Shown here: positions 17,660 to 25,715 of the stretch, piece after piece
How the letters are laid out: each line of letters starts with the position of its first letter
How positions within the stretch are numbered: the stretch's first letter is position 1
From: Nitrospirota bacterium
GTDB taxonomy: Bacteria > Nitrospirota > Leptospirillia > Leptospirillales > Leptospirillaceae
Assembly: GCA_027366615.1 (NCBI GenBank)
Contig: DAHXNG010000030.1
Location: forward strand, 1 to 47,849
Reading direction: 5' to 3'
DNA: 47,849 nucleotides
Made by a program: the position numbers and the translations under genes
The notes under the pieces: model-generated
Databases searched by the model: none
The model's input: the letters and a program-made list of their open reading frames with translations, nothing else
What the model was told of the DNA's origin: nothing

Positions 17660-17680
17660 GGGAGACCCGCAGGGCCTCCC
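17660..17680 (-). other. Intercistronic tig-clpP stem-loop
   Basis: The minus-strand RNA GGGAGGCCC-UGC-GGGUCUCCC forms a 9-bp stem with one G-U pair. On the plus strand the same position is an A-C mismatch, so the structure is specific to the transcribed strand. Confidence 0.35.
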
Positions 17681-17697
17681 AGGATATCAAAGGGGCT

Positions 17698-19074
17698 CTA
17701 GTGGCTATGGCCCTTGTGATCATGGTCGTGGTCATGGTCATGACCGGCCTGCTCTTCAGGAGAAGGCAGAACTCCGAAAAAGTTCCATCCCAGAGTCTCC
17801 AGAAGGCCCTTGGCCCCGAAGATGTCTTCCCAGCCGGAAAAGGTCGATTTTCTGAGGAGATACTCCTCGGTCAGCCGGCGGCGGGCCGAAATCATGGCCT
17901 GTTCGATATATTCGTTCCGCTTGGCATCGTCTTTGCCGGGGCTCCCCGCACGCTGCACAAGGGAGAAAAACTCCTGTTCGACCCTCTGAATACCGGGACT
18001 GACCGGAATCTTTTCCGACAGGGAATCGAGAATGAACCACCAGATCGTATCCCGCTTGACCCTCTCCCTGTCGATCTCCGTTTCCGGGATTCCCCCACGC
18101 TTCATCCGATCGATCTCGAGATCGATCCGCCCCTCGGGAACCGGGATCGCGTTCCGGGAAAGAACCTCAACGACAAGCTCTTCCATCTTCCGGTGCAGAA
18201 CCTCGGTGACCTTCTGCTCCAGAACCCGCTTCTCCACGAGACTCTCCAGGGTCTCCCCGGCTGCCGGCTCTTTCCCGCCAAGCATGGTAGACAGAAGCTC
18301 TTCGCGAGTCAGTGGTTTCATGCGGCGGACAGAATGGATACCGATCGTGGCTTCCAGCGTCTCGGTACGCCCCGGCGACCCTTTTTTCTCTCCGGGGATA
18401 TTGAAGGGAATCTTCCCGGAAAAGGATTCGCCCGCCTTCTTGCCGATGAGTGAACGGGTCAGGATTTCCGGAACGCCTGGATCCCCCACGGTGATGGTCT
18501 GGCGACCGTCCCGGGAAAGTCCGGTGGCCGGATCGATGAAGGAGAAGGTAAAGTCAACCACATCGGACTCTTCTGCTGCCGTATCCGGAGGAAGATCGGT
18601 CACGAACTGGGTCGCCCCCCGCCTTGAGAGAAGATCGATCGCCTTCTCAATCTCGTCCTTGGGGACAGAGGGAAGGCTTTCGGGAGAGAGGGCGATCTTC
18701 TCGTAGACGAACCCCTGGGGAAGCGAAAAAACCTCAAGTATTCCCGAGAGAGAAAGGCCGGTCTTCTCGTGTTCCGGAGTCAGGGAAAACTCTTCCGGGT
18801 CAAGAAAGACAACCACTTCATCGGACTTTTTCACCAGAGTCTCGATGATCTCGGTATGGATGTTTCGGGTGACATCTTCATGGACGGAAGCCATGAGCGG
18901 GGGGCGGCTCCGGGCATAGGAGGCGGGAACGTGACCGGTCCTGTACCCAGGAACCTTCACATCCTTCAGGGCCTCACGAACCATCCGATCAACCCTCGTC
19001 CGGACCTCATCACCGGTATAGATCACCTGAAACTTCCTCTTTGCTCCCTCATCCGGCTCGATCTTCAAATCCAT
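17698..19074 (-). CDS. tig: Trigger factor with atypical His/Asp-rich C-terminal tail
   Basis: Position upstream of clpP-clpX and an N-terminal ribosome-binding-type motif (GYRTGHVP, versus canonical GFRxGxxP). FKBP-like middle region (VVDFTF...IGKKAGESF). Start at ATG 19074 (MDLKIEP...). Ends in GHDHDHDHDHKGHSH. Confidence 0.86.
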   Translation of the reverse strand: MDLKIEPDEGAKRKFQVIYTGDEVRTRVDRMVREALKDVKVPGYRTGHVPASYARSRPPLMASVHEDVTRNIHTEIIETLVKKSDEVVVFLDPEEFSLTPEHEKTGLSLSGILEVFSLPQGFVYEKIALSPESLPSVPKDEIEKAIDLLSRRGATQFVTDLPPDTAAEESDVVDFTFSFIDPATGLSRDGRQTITVGDPGVPEILTRSLIGKKAGESFSGKIPFNIPGEKKGSPGRTETLEATIGIHSVRRMKPLTREELLSTMLGGKEPAAGETLESLVEKRVLEQKVTEVLHRKMEELVVEVLSRNAIPVPEGRIDLEIDRMKRGGIPETEIDRERVKRDTIWWFILDSLSEKIPVSPGIQRVEQEFFSLVQRAGSPGKDDAKRNEYIEQAMISARRRLTEEYLLRKSTFSGWEDIFGAKGLLETLGWNFFGVLPSPEEQAGHDHDHDHDHKGHSH

Positions 19075-19245
19075 CGGACACGCTTCCTTCCTCAAACATT
19101 GTTGGCATTATTGGACAAGGCGGTTCCCGCCGGACAAGCCACACGCCCCGTCCGACAACAAAATCTTCTCCAAAAGATCATCTTTTTATTCTAGCAGAAA
19201 CGAAGGCTCCGAAAAAACCCGCCCGTTCCCGAAAAGTTGTCGATA

Positions 19246-19273
19246 TTGACCTTTCCGGAAGGAAACGTATAAA
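19246..19273 (+). promoter_or_regulatory. Candidate hemY promoter (TTGACC-16-TATAAA)
   Basis: Hexamers at 19246..19251 and 19268..19273. Confidence 0.4.
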
Positions 19274-19287
19274 GTTTTCCGGGGAAG

Positions 19288-20718
19288 ATGCCCCCCACCA
19301 CCCTCCTCCATCACAGATCCCTTGGGAGAACCACATTGCCAATAGAAGATGTCGAGACACTTGTCGTCGGAGGAGGCATATCCGGCCTTGCCTGTGCCGC
19401 CCACCTGAAGAAAAATGGCCGCACAGTCAGACTTGTGGAGAGAGATGACCATCTCGGAGGAGTGATCCGGTCCCTTTCGGACAGCGGCTACCAGATCGAA
19501 ACCGGACCGAACAGCCTCCTGGTTCGCGCCGGGGAGCCGCTTCTCGAAGCCCTCTCCCTCATGGGTCTCGACAAAAAGGTTCAACAAGCCGGCACTACCG
19601 GAAAAAAACGGTACATCCTGAAAAACGGCCGCCCCTTAGCTCTTCCCATGAGCCTCTCCGAAGGCCTCACCTCGCCCTTTCTCTCCCTCGCTGGAAAGCT
19701 CCGGCTCCTGAAGGAGCCCTTCATCCCCCAAAGGGATCCCGCCCAATCTCATGACGAGACCGTGGCCGACTTTGTCCGGCGCCGACTGGGAGACGAGTTT
19801 CTCGAGGCGCTGATCGATCCGTTCGTCAAGGGCGTCTTCGCCTCCGACCCCCGGATCCTTTCCATGGCCGACACATTCCCCCGCCTTGTGGCCCTGGAGG
19901 AGCGCTACGGCTCTCTCGTGAAGGGGGGGCTGGCGCTCGCCACAGAAAAAAAGGGGCCATCGCCTCCCCTCACCCGGGAGATCCTCTCCTTTGAAGGTGG
20001 CATGGGAGCCCTTCCTCTTGCGCTGGCCGCCGATCTCGGCAGCGATGCCGGATCGAACGCCGAGGTCATCGGGTGCTCCCGATCCGAGCAGGGGTTCAGG
20101 ACAGCCCTTCTCTTCGAGGAGGAGACCTACTACATCCGGTCAAAACACCTTGTTTTTGCGGTCTCGGCTCCGCAGGCCGCAGAGCTCCTTCTGCCCCTGG
20201 CCCCCGAATCCGCCTCGCTCCTCGCCGGGATCCCTTACGCCCCCGTTGCGGTGGTCTACCTGGGATACCCGAGGGAGCGCATCGCACATCCACTCGATGG
20301 CTTCGGCCTTCTCGTCCCTTCCCGGGAGCGCCGGAAGATCCTCGGAGTCCTCTTCTCCTCCTCCCTCTTTCCAGGAAGAGCGCCGGAAGGCCATGTCCTT
20401 TTGACCGTCTTTGCGGGGGGGATGAGCCAGCCGAAGATCGCCACATCCTTCGACGAGGAGCTCCTCCCCCTTGTGACGGGGGAGGTCGAATCGATGCTAA
20501 AAGCCTCCGGTCGTCCTTCCTACGTCCGCATCCAGCGATGGGGAGGCGCCATTCCCCAAGCCACTCCTGGCCACGGTCAAAAAATCGGAACGATTCTGGC
20601 TGCCCTTCCCACCGGACTGCATCTGGCCGGATCCTATCTCGCCGGAGTCTCGGTCTCCCAGAGCTTCACATCCGGAATCCGCGCCGCGGAGAAAATCCTG
20701 GCGACCCCTCCGGACTGA
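19288..20718 (+). CDS. hemY: FAD-dependent protoporphyrinogen/coproporphyrinogen III oxidase (HemY family)
   Basis: VVGGGISGL dinucleotide fold, ER.D.LGG, and a HemY-like C-terminal GA.Y.G.G. An alternative and arguably better start is TTG 19336, preceded by GGGAGAA. Confidence 0.85.
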   Translation: MPPTTLLHHRSLGRTTLPIEDVETLVVGGGISGLACAAHLKKNGRTVRLVERDDHLGGVIRSLSDSGYQIETGPNSLLVRAGEPLLEALSLMGLDKKVQQAGTTGKKRYILKNGRPLALPMSLSEGLTSPFLSLAGKLRLLKEPFIPQRDPAQSHDETVADFVRRRLGDEFLEALIDPFVKGVFASDPRILSMADTFPRLVALEERYGSLVKGGLALATEKKGPSPPLTREILSFEGGMGALPLALAADLGSDAGSNAEVIGCSRSEQGFRTALLFEEETYYIRSKHLVFAVSAPQAAELLLPLAPESASLLAGIPYAPVAVVYLGYPRERIAHPLDGFGLLVPSRERRKILGVLFSSSLFPGRAPEGHVLLTVFAGGMSQPKIATSFDEELLPLVTGEVESMLKASGRPSYVRIQRWGGAIPQATPGHGQKIGTILAALPTGLHLAGSYLAGVSVSQSFTSGIRAAEKILATPPD

Positions 20719-20742
20719 TCCCGCATCCCCCGGTGCCGCCTG

Positions 20743-21417
20743 TCAGCAGGGAATTCCCTGCACGGAATGAAATTTCCCGGTCTCGAGACAGTAGGCGGAC
20801 AGCCGTCCCGTGCGGTAGGCTCCCGTGTCCACCATGATGATCCCCTCCCGATAGACCTTCGCCCTCCGGACAATGGTATGTCCCGAAACCACAATACGCC
20901 CGTCCCAGGAGGGAAGGATGTTCGGTGGACGAAGGTCGAGGCATTCATGAAGGGTGCCCGGGGAGGAAAGGCGGGTCTCGCAGAGAAGGATATCGCCCTG
21001 GCGTGTTCCGGGAACGGCCGGAAGTCCGCCGTGGACGACAATATGATTCGTATCGGACCAGACAAGGGGCCAGGAACTGAGCCACGACTCGAAGGCCCGG
21101 GCCCGGGTATGGCCGAGACGTCCGAAAAATTCGAGCGTTTTGGTTCCGCCAAACTCGGGATCTTCGTAAAAGGGAACACTGTCACCGTCCCGGAGACGAA
21201 GAAAGGAGGCCTCGTGGTTTCCCCGGACCGAGAGGAACCACCCCTCCTTCGAGCCTTCGTAGAGACGTGTCAGGAGATCCCCGATCCCCGCCCCCCGATC
21301 GAGCACATCCCCCGTGGCAATGATGCGATCCACCGTCCGGTCGAAGCGGATCTTTTCAAGGAGCCGCTCGAAGAGGGGAGCCTGCCCGTGAAGATCCCCC
21401 ACCACATAGGTGGCCAT
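20743..21417 (-). CDS. PPP-family metallophosphoesterase (PrpA/ApaH-like Ser/Thr phosphatase)
   Basis: Motifs GDLHG, GDVLDRG, GNHE, HGG and GH in canonical order. Confidence 0.85.
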   Translation of the reverse strand: MATYVVGDLHGQAPLFERLLEKIRFDRTVDRIIATGDVLDRGAGIGDLLTRLYEGSKEGWFLSVRGNHEASFLRLRDGDSVPFYEDPEFGGTKTLEFFGRLGHTRARAFESWLSSWPLVWSDTNHIVVHGGLPAVPGTRQGDILLCETRLSSPGTLHECLDLRPPNILPSWDGRIVVSGHTIVRRAKVYREGIIMVDTGAYRTGRLSAYCLETGKFHSVQGIPC

Positions 21418-21434
21418 TCGCGGGCTTCCTTCTG

Positions 21435-22451
21435 TCAGCCTGCCGGAAGGAGGCTTGAGAGAGAGCGTATGGTATTTTTGAGCGAGGAGGTCGCATCCCC
21501 GACGGCCGAGGGCTCAAACCCCGAGTGGACCATGCAATCACGACATTTGGGATTCTCCGAAGAAGGACCGTAAAGGCTCCAGTCCGTCTCCTCCATGAGT
21601 TCACGGTAGGTGGCGGCATATCCCTCGTTCAGAAGATAGCAGGGACGCTGCCAGCCCAGCACGGAGTAGTTCGGACTTCCCCAGGGGGTACAGTCGTAGT
21701 CCTTCTCCCCTTCGAGAAAGTCGAGGTAAAATGGGCTGTGGTTGAAGTTCCACCCCTTGCCCGCCCTGTCGGCCAGGATCGCCCGAAAAAGGTCCGTCGT
21801 CCGTTCCCGTCTCAGAAAATGATCCTGGTCCGGAGCCCAGGCATAGGAGTATCCGGGGGAGATCATCATCCCGTTGACCCCGAGATCTCTGGCAAAATCG
21901 AAGAAACGCCTGAGTTCCCGGGGATCTTCTCCTTCGAAGACCGTGGTATTTGTCGTCACCCGGAATCCCCGCGCCAGCGCCGTCTTGATCGCCCGAACCG
22001 CAATATCAAAGACGCCATCTCGACAGACGAGCCGGTCGTGGGTCTCCCGCAGACCATCGAGATGGACGCTGAAGGTCAGATAGGGCGAAGGGCTGATAGA
22101 CTCGAGGGCGCGCTCGAGAAGCAGACCGTTCGTGCATAGGTAGACGAATTTCTTGCGGGCGATCATCCCAGAGACGATTTCTCCGATCTCGGGGTGAATA
22201 AGGGGTTCCCCCCCGGCGATCGTGACAACCGGAGCCCCGCACTCCGCAACAACGTTAAAGCATTGCTCAGGGGAAAGCCTTTTCTTCAGGATCTCTTCAG
22301 GGTACTGGATCTTGCCGCAACCGGCACATTCGAGATTGCACCGAAAGAGCGGCTCGAGCATCAGGACAAGCGGATAGCGCTTCTCCCCCGACCATTTTTT
22401 CTTCATGACATAGGAGCCAACCTTCAGGGCCTGCTGAATAGGAATGGACAT
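21435..22451 (-). CDS. hpnH: Adenosyl-hopene transferase HpnH (hopanoid side-chain radical SAM enzyme)
   Basis: [15 protein letters not shown]...[26 protein letters not shown] matches the HpnH N-terminus as I remember it. Start at ATG 22451, preceded by GGGAAAGG. Confidence 0.83.
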   Translation of the reverse strand: MSIPIQQALKVGSYVMKKKWSGEKRYPLVLMLEPLFRCNLECAGCGKIQYPEEILKKRLSPEQCFNVVAECGAPVVTIAGGEPLIHPEIGEIVSGMIARKKFVYLCTNGLLLERALESISPSPYLTFSVHLDGLRETHDRLVCRDGVFDIAVRAIKTALARGFRVTTNTTVFEGEDPRELRRFFDFARDLGVNGMMISPGYSYAWAPDQDHFLRRERTTDLFRAILADRAGKGWNFNHSPFYLDFLEGEKDYDCTPWGSPNYSVLGWQRPCYLLNEGYAATYRELMEETDWSLYGPSSENPKCRDCMVHSGFEPSAVGDATSSLKNTIRSLSSLLPAG

Positions 22452-22578
22452 AAGAAACAACCTTTCCCGGAGGCATGTGGAGACAGCCGTCCGATTTGAC
22501 ATATCCGAACAAAGCGAAATCATCGCCGCAATGTAGAGGGATGACAAAAAATCACCGACAATCTAAGATCATTATGAG

Positions 22579-22608
22579 ATCATACGGAGGCGGTCGCTTT
22601 CCTGTCAA
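22579..22608 (-). promoter_or_regulatory. Candidate hpnH promoter (TTGACA-18-TATGAT)
   Basis: The minus strand reads TTGACA (22608..22603), an 18-nt spacer, then TATGAT (22584..22579), about 125 nt upstream of the hpnH ATG. Confidence 0.4.
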
Positions 22609-22685
22609 GGAACGCCCCCGCAGCAAATCCTCCAAAATACATCGATCAAAGTCAAAAGTGATATTCACCCGGGAGGGATAGGCTT

Positions 22686-23711
22686 ATGCTTCTGGCAGGC
22701 GACATCGGGGGAACGAAGACCCTCCTGGGTCTCTTCTCTGCGGAGAGACCCACCGAGCCCCCGCTTTTTCTCCGCTCCTACCCTTCCCGGGAGCACACCT
22801 CCCTGGAATCTATCCTCTCCCTTTTCATGGAGGAGATTGCCCCCTTTCCCCCCCCCGGCTTCCGGATCGACTCCGCCGCCTTTGGCGTAGCAGGGCCGGT
22901 CATTAGCGGGCTCTGCCGGACGACAAACCTCCCCTGGGTCGTCGATACGAAATCGCTTGAGTCTCTGCTCTCACTTCCCAAAGGCGCTGTGGGCCTTGTG
23001 AACGACCTCGTCGCCATCGCCTGGGGCTCGACCGTCGCATCGCCGGAGACGCTCATGACCGTAAACGAAGGAATCCCTGACTCCGAGGGGACCCGGGTCG
23101 TTGTGGCACCGGGAACGGGGCTTGGAGAGGCGATCATCGGATTCTCCGGCGGAACGCCCATCGTCCTCGCGACCGAGGGAGGGCACGTGGATTGGGCCCC
23201 TCCCACGCCAGACGATGTTCCCCTCCTCGAATGGCTCTGGACAGCCTTTGGCCACGCCAGCCCCGAACGTCTCCTCTCGGGCCCCGGAATCGCCCTCCTG
23301 TATCGCTTTCATCTCCAGTCGATACCGCCACATGAGCATCCCCTCCCCCCGGAGACACCCGAAGAGAATATCCCGGAAGCTGTCTCGAAGGAAGCCGCCC
23401 GCGGAAATCCCCTGGCACGAAAAATCATCGACCACTTCTGGAGACTTCTCGCTGCCGAGGCCGGAAACATGGCCCTCAAGGCACTCTCGACGGGAGGCGT
23501 TGTTCTGGCGGGAGGAATCCCCGAAAAGATCGCCCCGTTTCTCGATCGCAAGGCCTTTATGGAAAGTTTTTCTTCAAAAGGGCGCTACCGGGACCTCCTT
23601 TTAAAAGTTCCGGTTCTGCTCGCCTCCGATCCCGAGATCGGCATCAAGGGGGCGACCGCGATCGCCCGTTCGATAAGACAACAACCTAAAAATGGAAGGA
23701 GCCCCTTGTGA
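22686..23711 (+). CDS. glk: Glucokinase
   Basis: LLAGDIGGTKT ATP-binding N-terminus and glucokinase length. SD GGGAGGG upstream. Confidence 0.87.
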   Translation: MLLAGDIGGTKTLLGLFSAERPTEPPLFLRSYPSREHTSLESILSLFMEEIAPFPPPGFRIDSAAFGVAGPVISGLCRTTNLPWVVDTKSLESLLSLPKGAVGLVNDLVAIAWGSTVASPETLMTVNEGIPDSEGTRVVVAPGTGLGEAIIGFSGGTPIVLATEGGHVDWAPPTPDDVPLLEWLWTAFGHASPERLLSGPGIALLYRFHLQSIPPHEHPLPPETPEENIPEAVSKEAARGNPLARKIIDHFWRLLAAEAGNMALKALSTGGVVLAGGIPEKIAPFLDRKAFMESFSSKGRYRDLLLKVPVLLASDPEIGIKGATAIARSIRQQPKNGRSPL

Positions 23712-24496
23712 ACACAATATCCGGAGGAGTATCCGGGAACGCGGGAATCACACTCCTACGATTCCCCACCAAAACCGACTGGACCAGAAGGGGAGCCGAC
23801 GCCATCCTCGCACGCCTCGACGACCACCTTGCACGCCAGAGGACCGTCTCCGTCGCCCTGTCGGGAGGATCCACCCCTGCCCCCGTCTTCCGGGAGATGG
23901 CCGCCCGGCTCTCCTCGGAGTGGTCCGAGAAGAAGAGGGAGAGGATCCTCTGGTTTTTCGTGGACGAACGATGTGTTCCTCCCGGAGATCCACAGAGCAA
24001 CTACCGCATGGCAAAGGAGACCCTTTTTGCTCCGGCCAATATCGAGGATCGCTGCATCTTCCGTATGGAGGGAGAGCATCCCCACGCGGATATTGAAGCC
24101 TTGCGGTACGAACGCCTTCTCACCGACATTCTCGGGCCGGCCGTTCCCCACCCTCCCGTCATCGACATTCTTCTATTGGGGATGGGCCCCGACGGTCACA
24201 CCGCAAGTCTTTTTCCCGGGACATCCCCGGAAGACGACCGCCACAGGCTCGTCATTCCTGTGCCCCCGACAGGGGATCGCGTCGCCCGTATTACCCTCAC
24301 CTACCGCATGCTCGCTGGAGGGGGAGAACGCATCTTCCTTGTTTGCGGGCAGGAGAAGAGATCCATACTTGAAAAGGTTCTCTCTCCGGACGGCGATCTT
24401 CCCACCCAGTGGCTCCTGAGGGAGGCGAGCGGCCACGGACATCCCACCACATTCCTTCTTGATCCCGAGGCCGCCCCGGGGGATCTTCTGTCCTGA
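23708..24496 (+). CDS. pgl: 6-phosphogluconolactonase
   Basis: LSGGSTP, DERCVP and LLGMGPDGHTASLFPG motifs. GTG start overlaps the glk stop (GTGA). Confidence 0.88.
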   Translation: MNTISGGVSGNAGITLLRFPTKTDWTRRGADAILARLDDHLARQRTVSVALSGGSTPAPVFREMAARLSSEWSEKKRERILWFFVDERCVPPGDPQSNYRMAKETLFAPANIEDRCIFRMEGEHPHADIEALRYERLLTDILGPAVPHPPVIDILLLGMGPDGHTASLFPGTSPEDDRHRLVIPVPPTGDRVARITLTYRMLAGGGERIFLVCGQEKRSILEKVLSPDGDLPTQWLLREASGHGHPTTFLLDPEAAPGDLLS

Positions 24497-24610
24497 TACG
24501 ACAAAGATCGCCATTCCCGAAGCTTTCGGGGCAAGCGCCGGAAAAAGGGACCCGCCAGGTCGGAGGCGATACCCTTTGGCCATGATCGTGCCCCGGTGCC
24601 CCGATAATTC

Positions 24611-24640
24611 TTGCCCAGATCACGGATTCTTTAGTAGAAT
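24611..24640 (+). promoter_or_regulatory. Candidate promoter (TTGCCC-18-TAGAAT) in the pgl-downstream intergenic region
   Basis: Hexamers at 24611..24616 and 24635..24640, about 105 nt upstream of ATG 24748. Confidence 0.33.
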
Positions 24641-24648
24641 TAAAAGAT

Positions 24649-24690
24649 GCATGCGGACGGGAGGCATTTTCCCGTCATGCGGGATTTTCC
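24649..24690 (+). terminator. Terminator/attenuator-like hairpin plus T-tract in the 5' leader of the 24748 gene
   Basis: GACGGGA (24656..24662) pairs with TCCCGTC (24670..24676) around a 7-nt loop. The stem is extended by GCAT/ATGC across a 3-nt bulge and followed by GGGATTTTCC. Confidence 0.3.
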
Positions 24691-24747
24691 ACGAAATGGC
24701 TGGATTCATGACGGATAAGAGTTCGAGGCATAGCCTTTAGCGAGGAA

Positions 24748-25380
24748 TTGATGACAGAGTCGACATCGGGAAATGGTCCGGAAGCGGAAAAAAAACCACC
24801 CTCCCCCTCACCATCCGGCTCGAACTCGCCTGGACGTCCCGGAAAACCGAAAGACACATCTTCCCGGGAGTTCGAAGAGCTTTACAGCCCCTCCCGACCC
24901 CGGGAGGACCAGGGATTCAGTCCGGTCACGATTGCCATCTATATCGTTGTCGGACTTCTCCTCGTTGCAGGGATCGGGGGATCGATCATCGGCCTCAAGT
25001 CCGGCCCCCTGGGCAAACCCCACAAGCTTGTCTCCCAGCGAAGCATCAGCGCCCGGACCACCTTCCGGGTCATCCAGGGGAACGGCTGGCGGCTGAACAT
25101 GTCCATGCTCCTCTCCCCCTCGGTGGCCTACATGAAGTACACCCTCGAAGGCCAGGGGCCGATCAAGCTCCAGATGCTGGGAGCCAAGTACAAGATCGGC
25201 AATGGGGACATCGTTCCCCTTAAACTCCCTCCCGCCTACCTCATGTTCGAACCGCTCTCGCCCAAGGAGGAGACCTCGCGGGCCTTCTGGCTTGGGGGTT
25301 CCCCCGTCTACTCGATCACCATCCTTATGCGCATCGACGACGGCCACGAGATCCGGAACGAAACGGTCACATTCGACTAG
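24748..25380 (+). CDS. Hypothetical membrane-anchored protein with Pro/Ser-rich N-terminal region
   Basis: 210 aa. A low-complexity PSPSPSGSNSPGRPGKP region, one TM helix (VTIAIYIVVGLLLVAGIGGSIIGL), then a roughly 130 aa beta-like domain. SD GAGGAA upstream. No family recognised. Confidence 0.55.
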   Translation: MMTESTSGNGPEAEKKPPSPSPSGSNSPGRPGKPKDTSSREFEELYSPSRPREDQGFSPVTIAIYIVVGLLLVAGIGGSIIGLKSGPLGKPHKLVSQRSISARTTFRVIQGNGWRLNMSMLLSPSVAYMKYTLEGQGPIKLQMLGAKYKIGNGDIVPLKLPPAYLMFEPLSPKEETSRAFWLGGSPVYSITILMRIDDGHEIRNETVTFD

Positions 25381-25384
25381 GGGC

Positions 25385-25654
25385 TCAGGATGAGGCCGCA
25401 GTGAGGCGCGCCTCCCCCAAAGCCGCCCCGATGCCTGCCACCTCGATCCGCTTTGTCCGGCTTGACTGCCCCCTCAGGATCGTAACCGAGGAGGGGGCAA
25501 CCTCAAGAAACTTCGCAAGAGCAACCACTACAGCCTCATTGGCCAGACCCTCCCGGGCCGGAACCCTCACCCCGACGACCCAGACCGGATCCTTCCCGTC
25601 CGGGCTCTCTCGCCGGAGAAACTCCCTGGACTGACCTGGCTTGACGGTGATCAC
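25385..25654 (-). CDS. DUF167 (YggU-like) protein
   Basis: The C-terminal part of ORF 25385..26245 reads ...VITVKPGQSREFL...VRVPAREGLANEAVV..LAKFL.V..SSV.I..G..SR.K.I., the DUF167 pattern. The only canonical in-frame start after the divIVA stop is GTG 25654, so the start is uncertain. Confidence 0.68.
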   Translation of the reverse strand: MITVKPGQSREFLRRESPDGKDPVWVVGVRVPAREGLANEAVVVALAKFLEVAPSSVTILRGQSSRTKRIEVAGIGAALGEARLTAASS

Positions 25655-25715
25655 GAAGCACCAGGAATCACGCCCTTCCGATTTTCCCCCCTTTGAAGAA
25701 CCTCCTCCCGCTCCT

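Noticed and set aside
17701-17745. The His-rich tail of trigger factor as a cloning or affinity-tag artefact.
   Set aside because: The tail is an alternating HD repeat with an interrupting KG, not a His6 tag. It is in frame with native sequence and followed by a native-looking spacer and clpP, and no vector-like sequence is nearby.
20073-20837. 254-aa plus-strand alternative-frame ORF inside hemY, and minus-strand ORFs at 20634..21185 and 20666..20944.
   Set aside because: These are alternative frames of hemY and the phosphatase gene. Their translations are Arg/Pro/Ser-rich and lack motifs.
24459-24740. 93-aa ORF filling the pgl-downstream intergenic region, and the 60-aa minus ORF at 24675..24857.
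   Set aside because: Neither has an SD, the composition is Arg/Pro/Cys-rich, and they overlap the pgl 3' end. I treated the region as non-coding and regulatory instead.
24497-24747. Possibility that the long intergenic region encodes a known housekeeping RNA (SRP/4.5S, 6S, RNase P or tmRNA).
   Set aside because: I could not find the conserved SRP domain IV sequence, tmRNA tag/acceptor features or RNase P P4 elements. The region is also too short for most of these RNAs. This needs an Infernal scan to be definitive.
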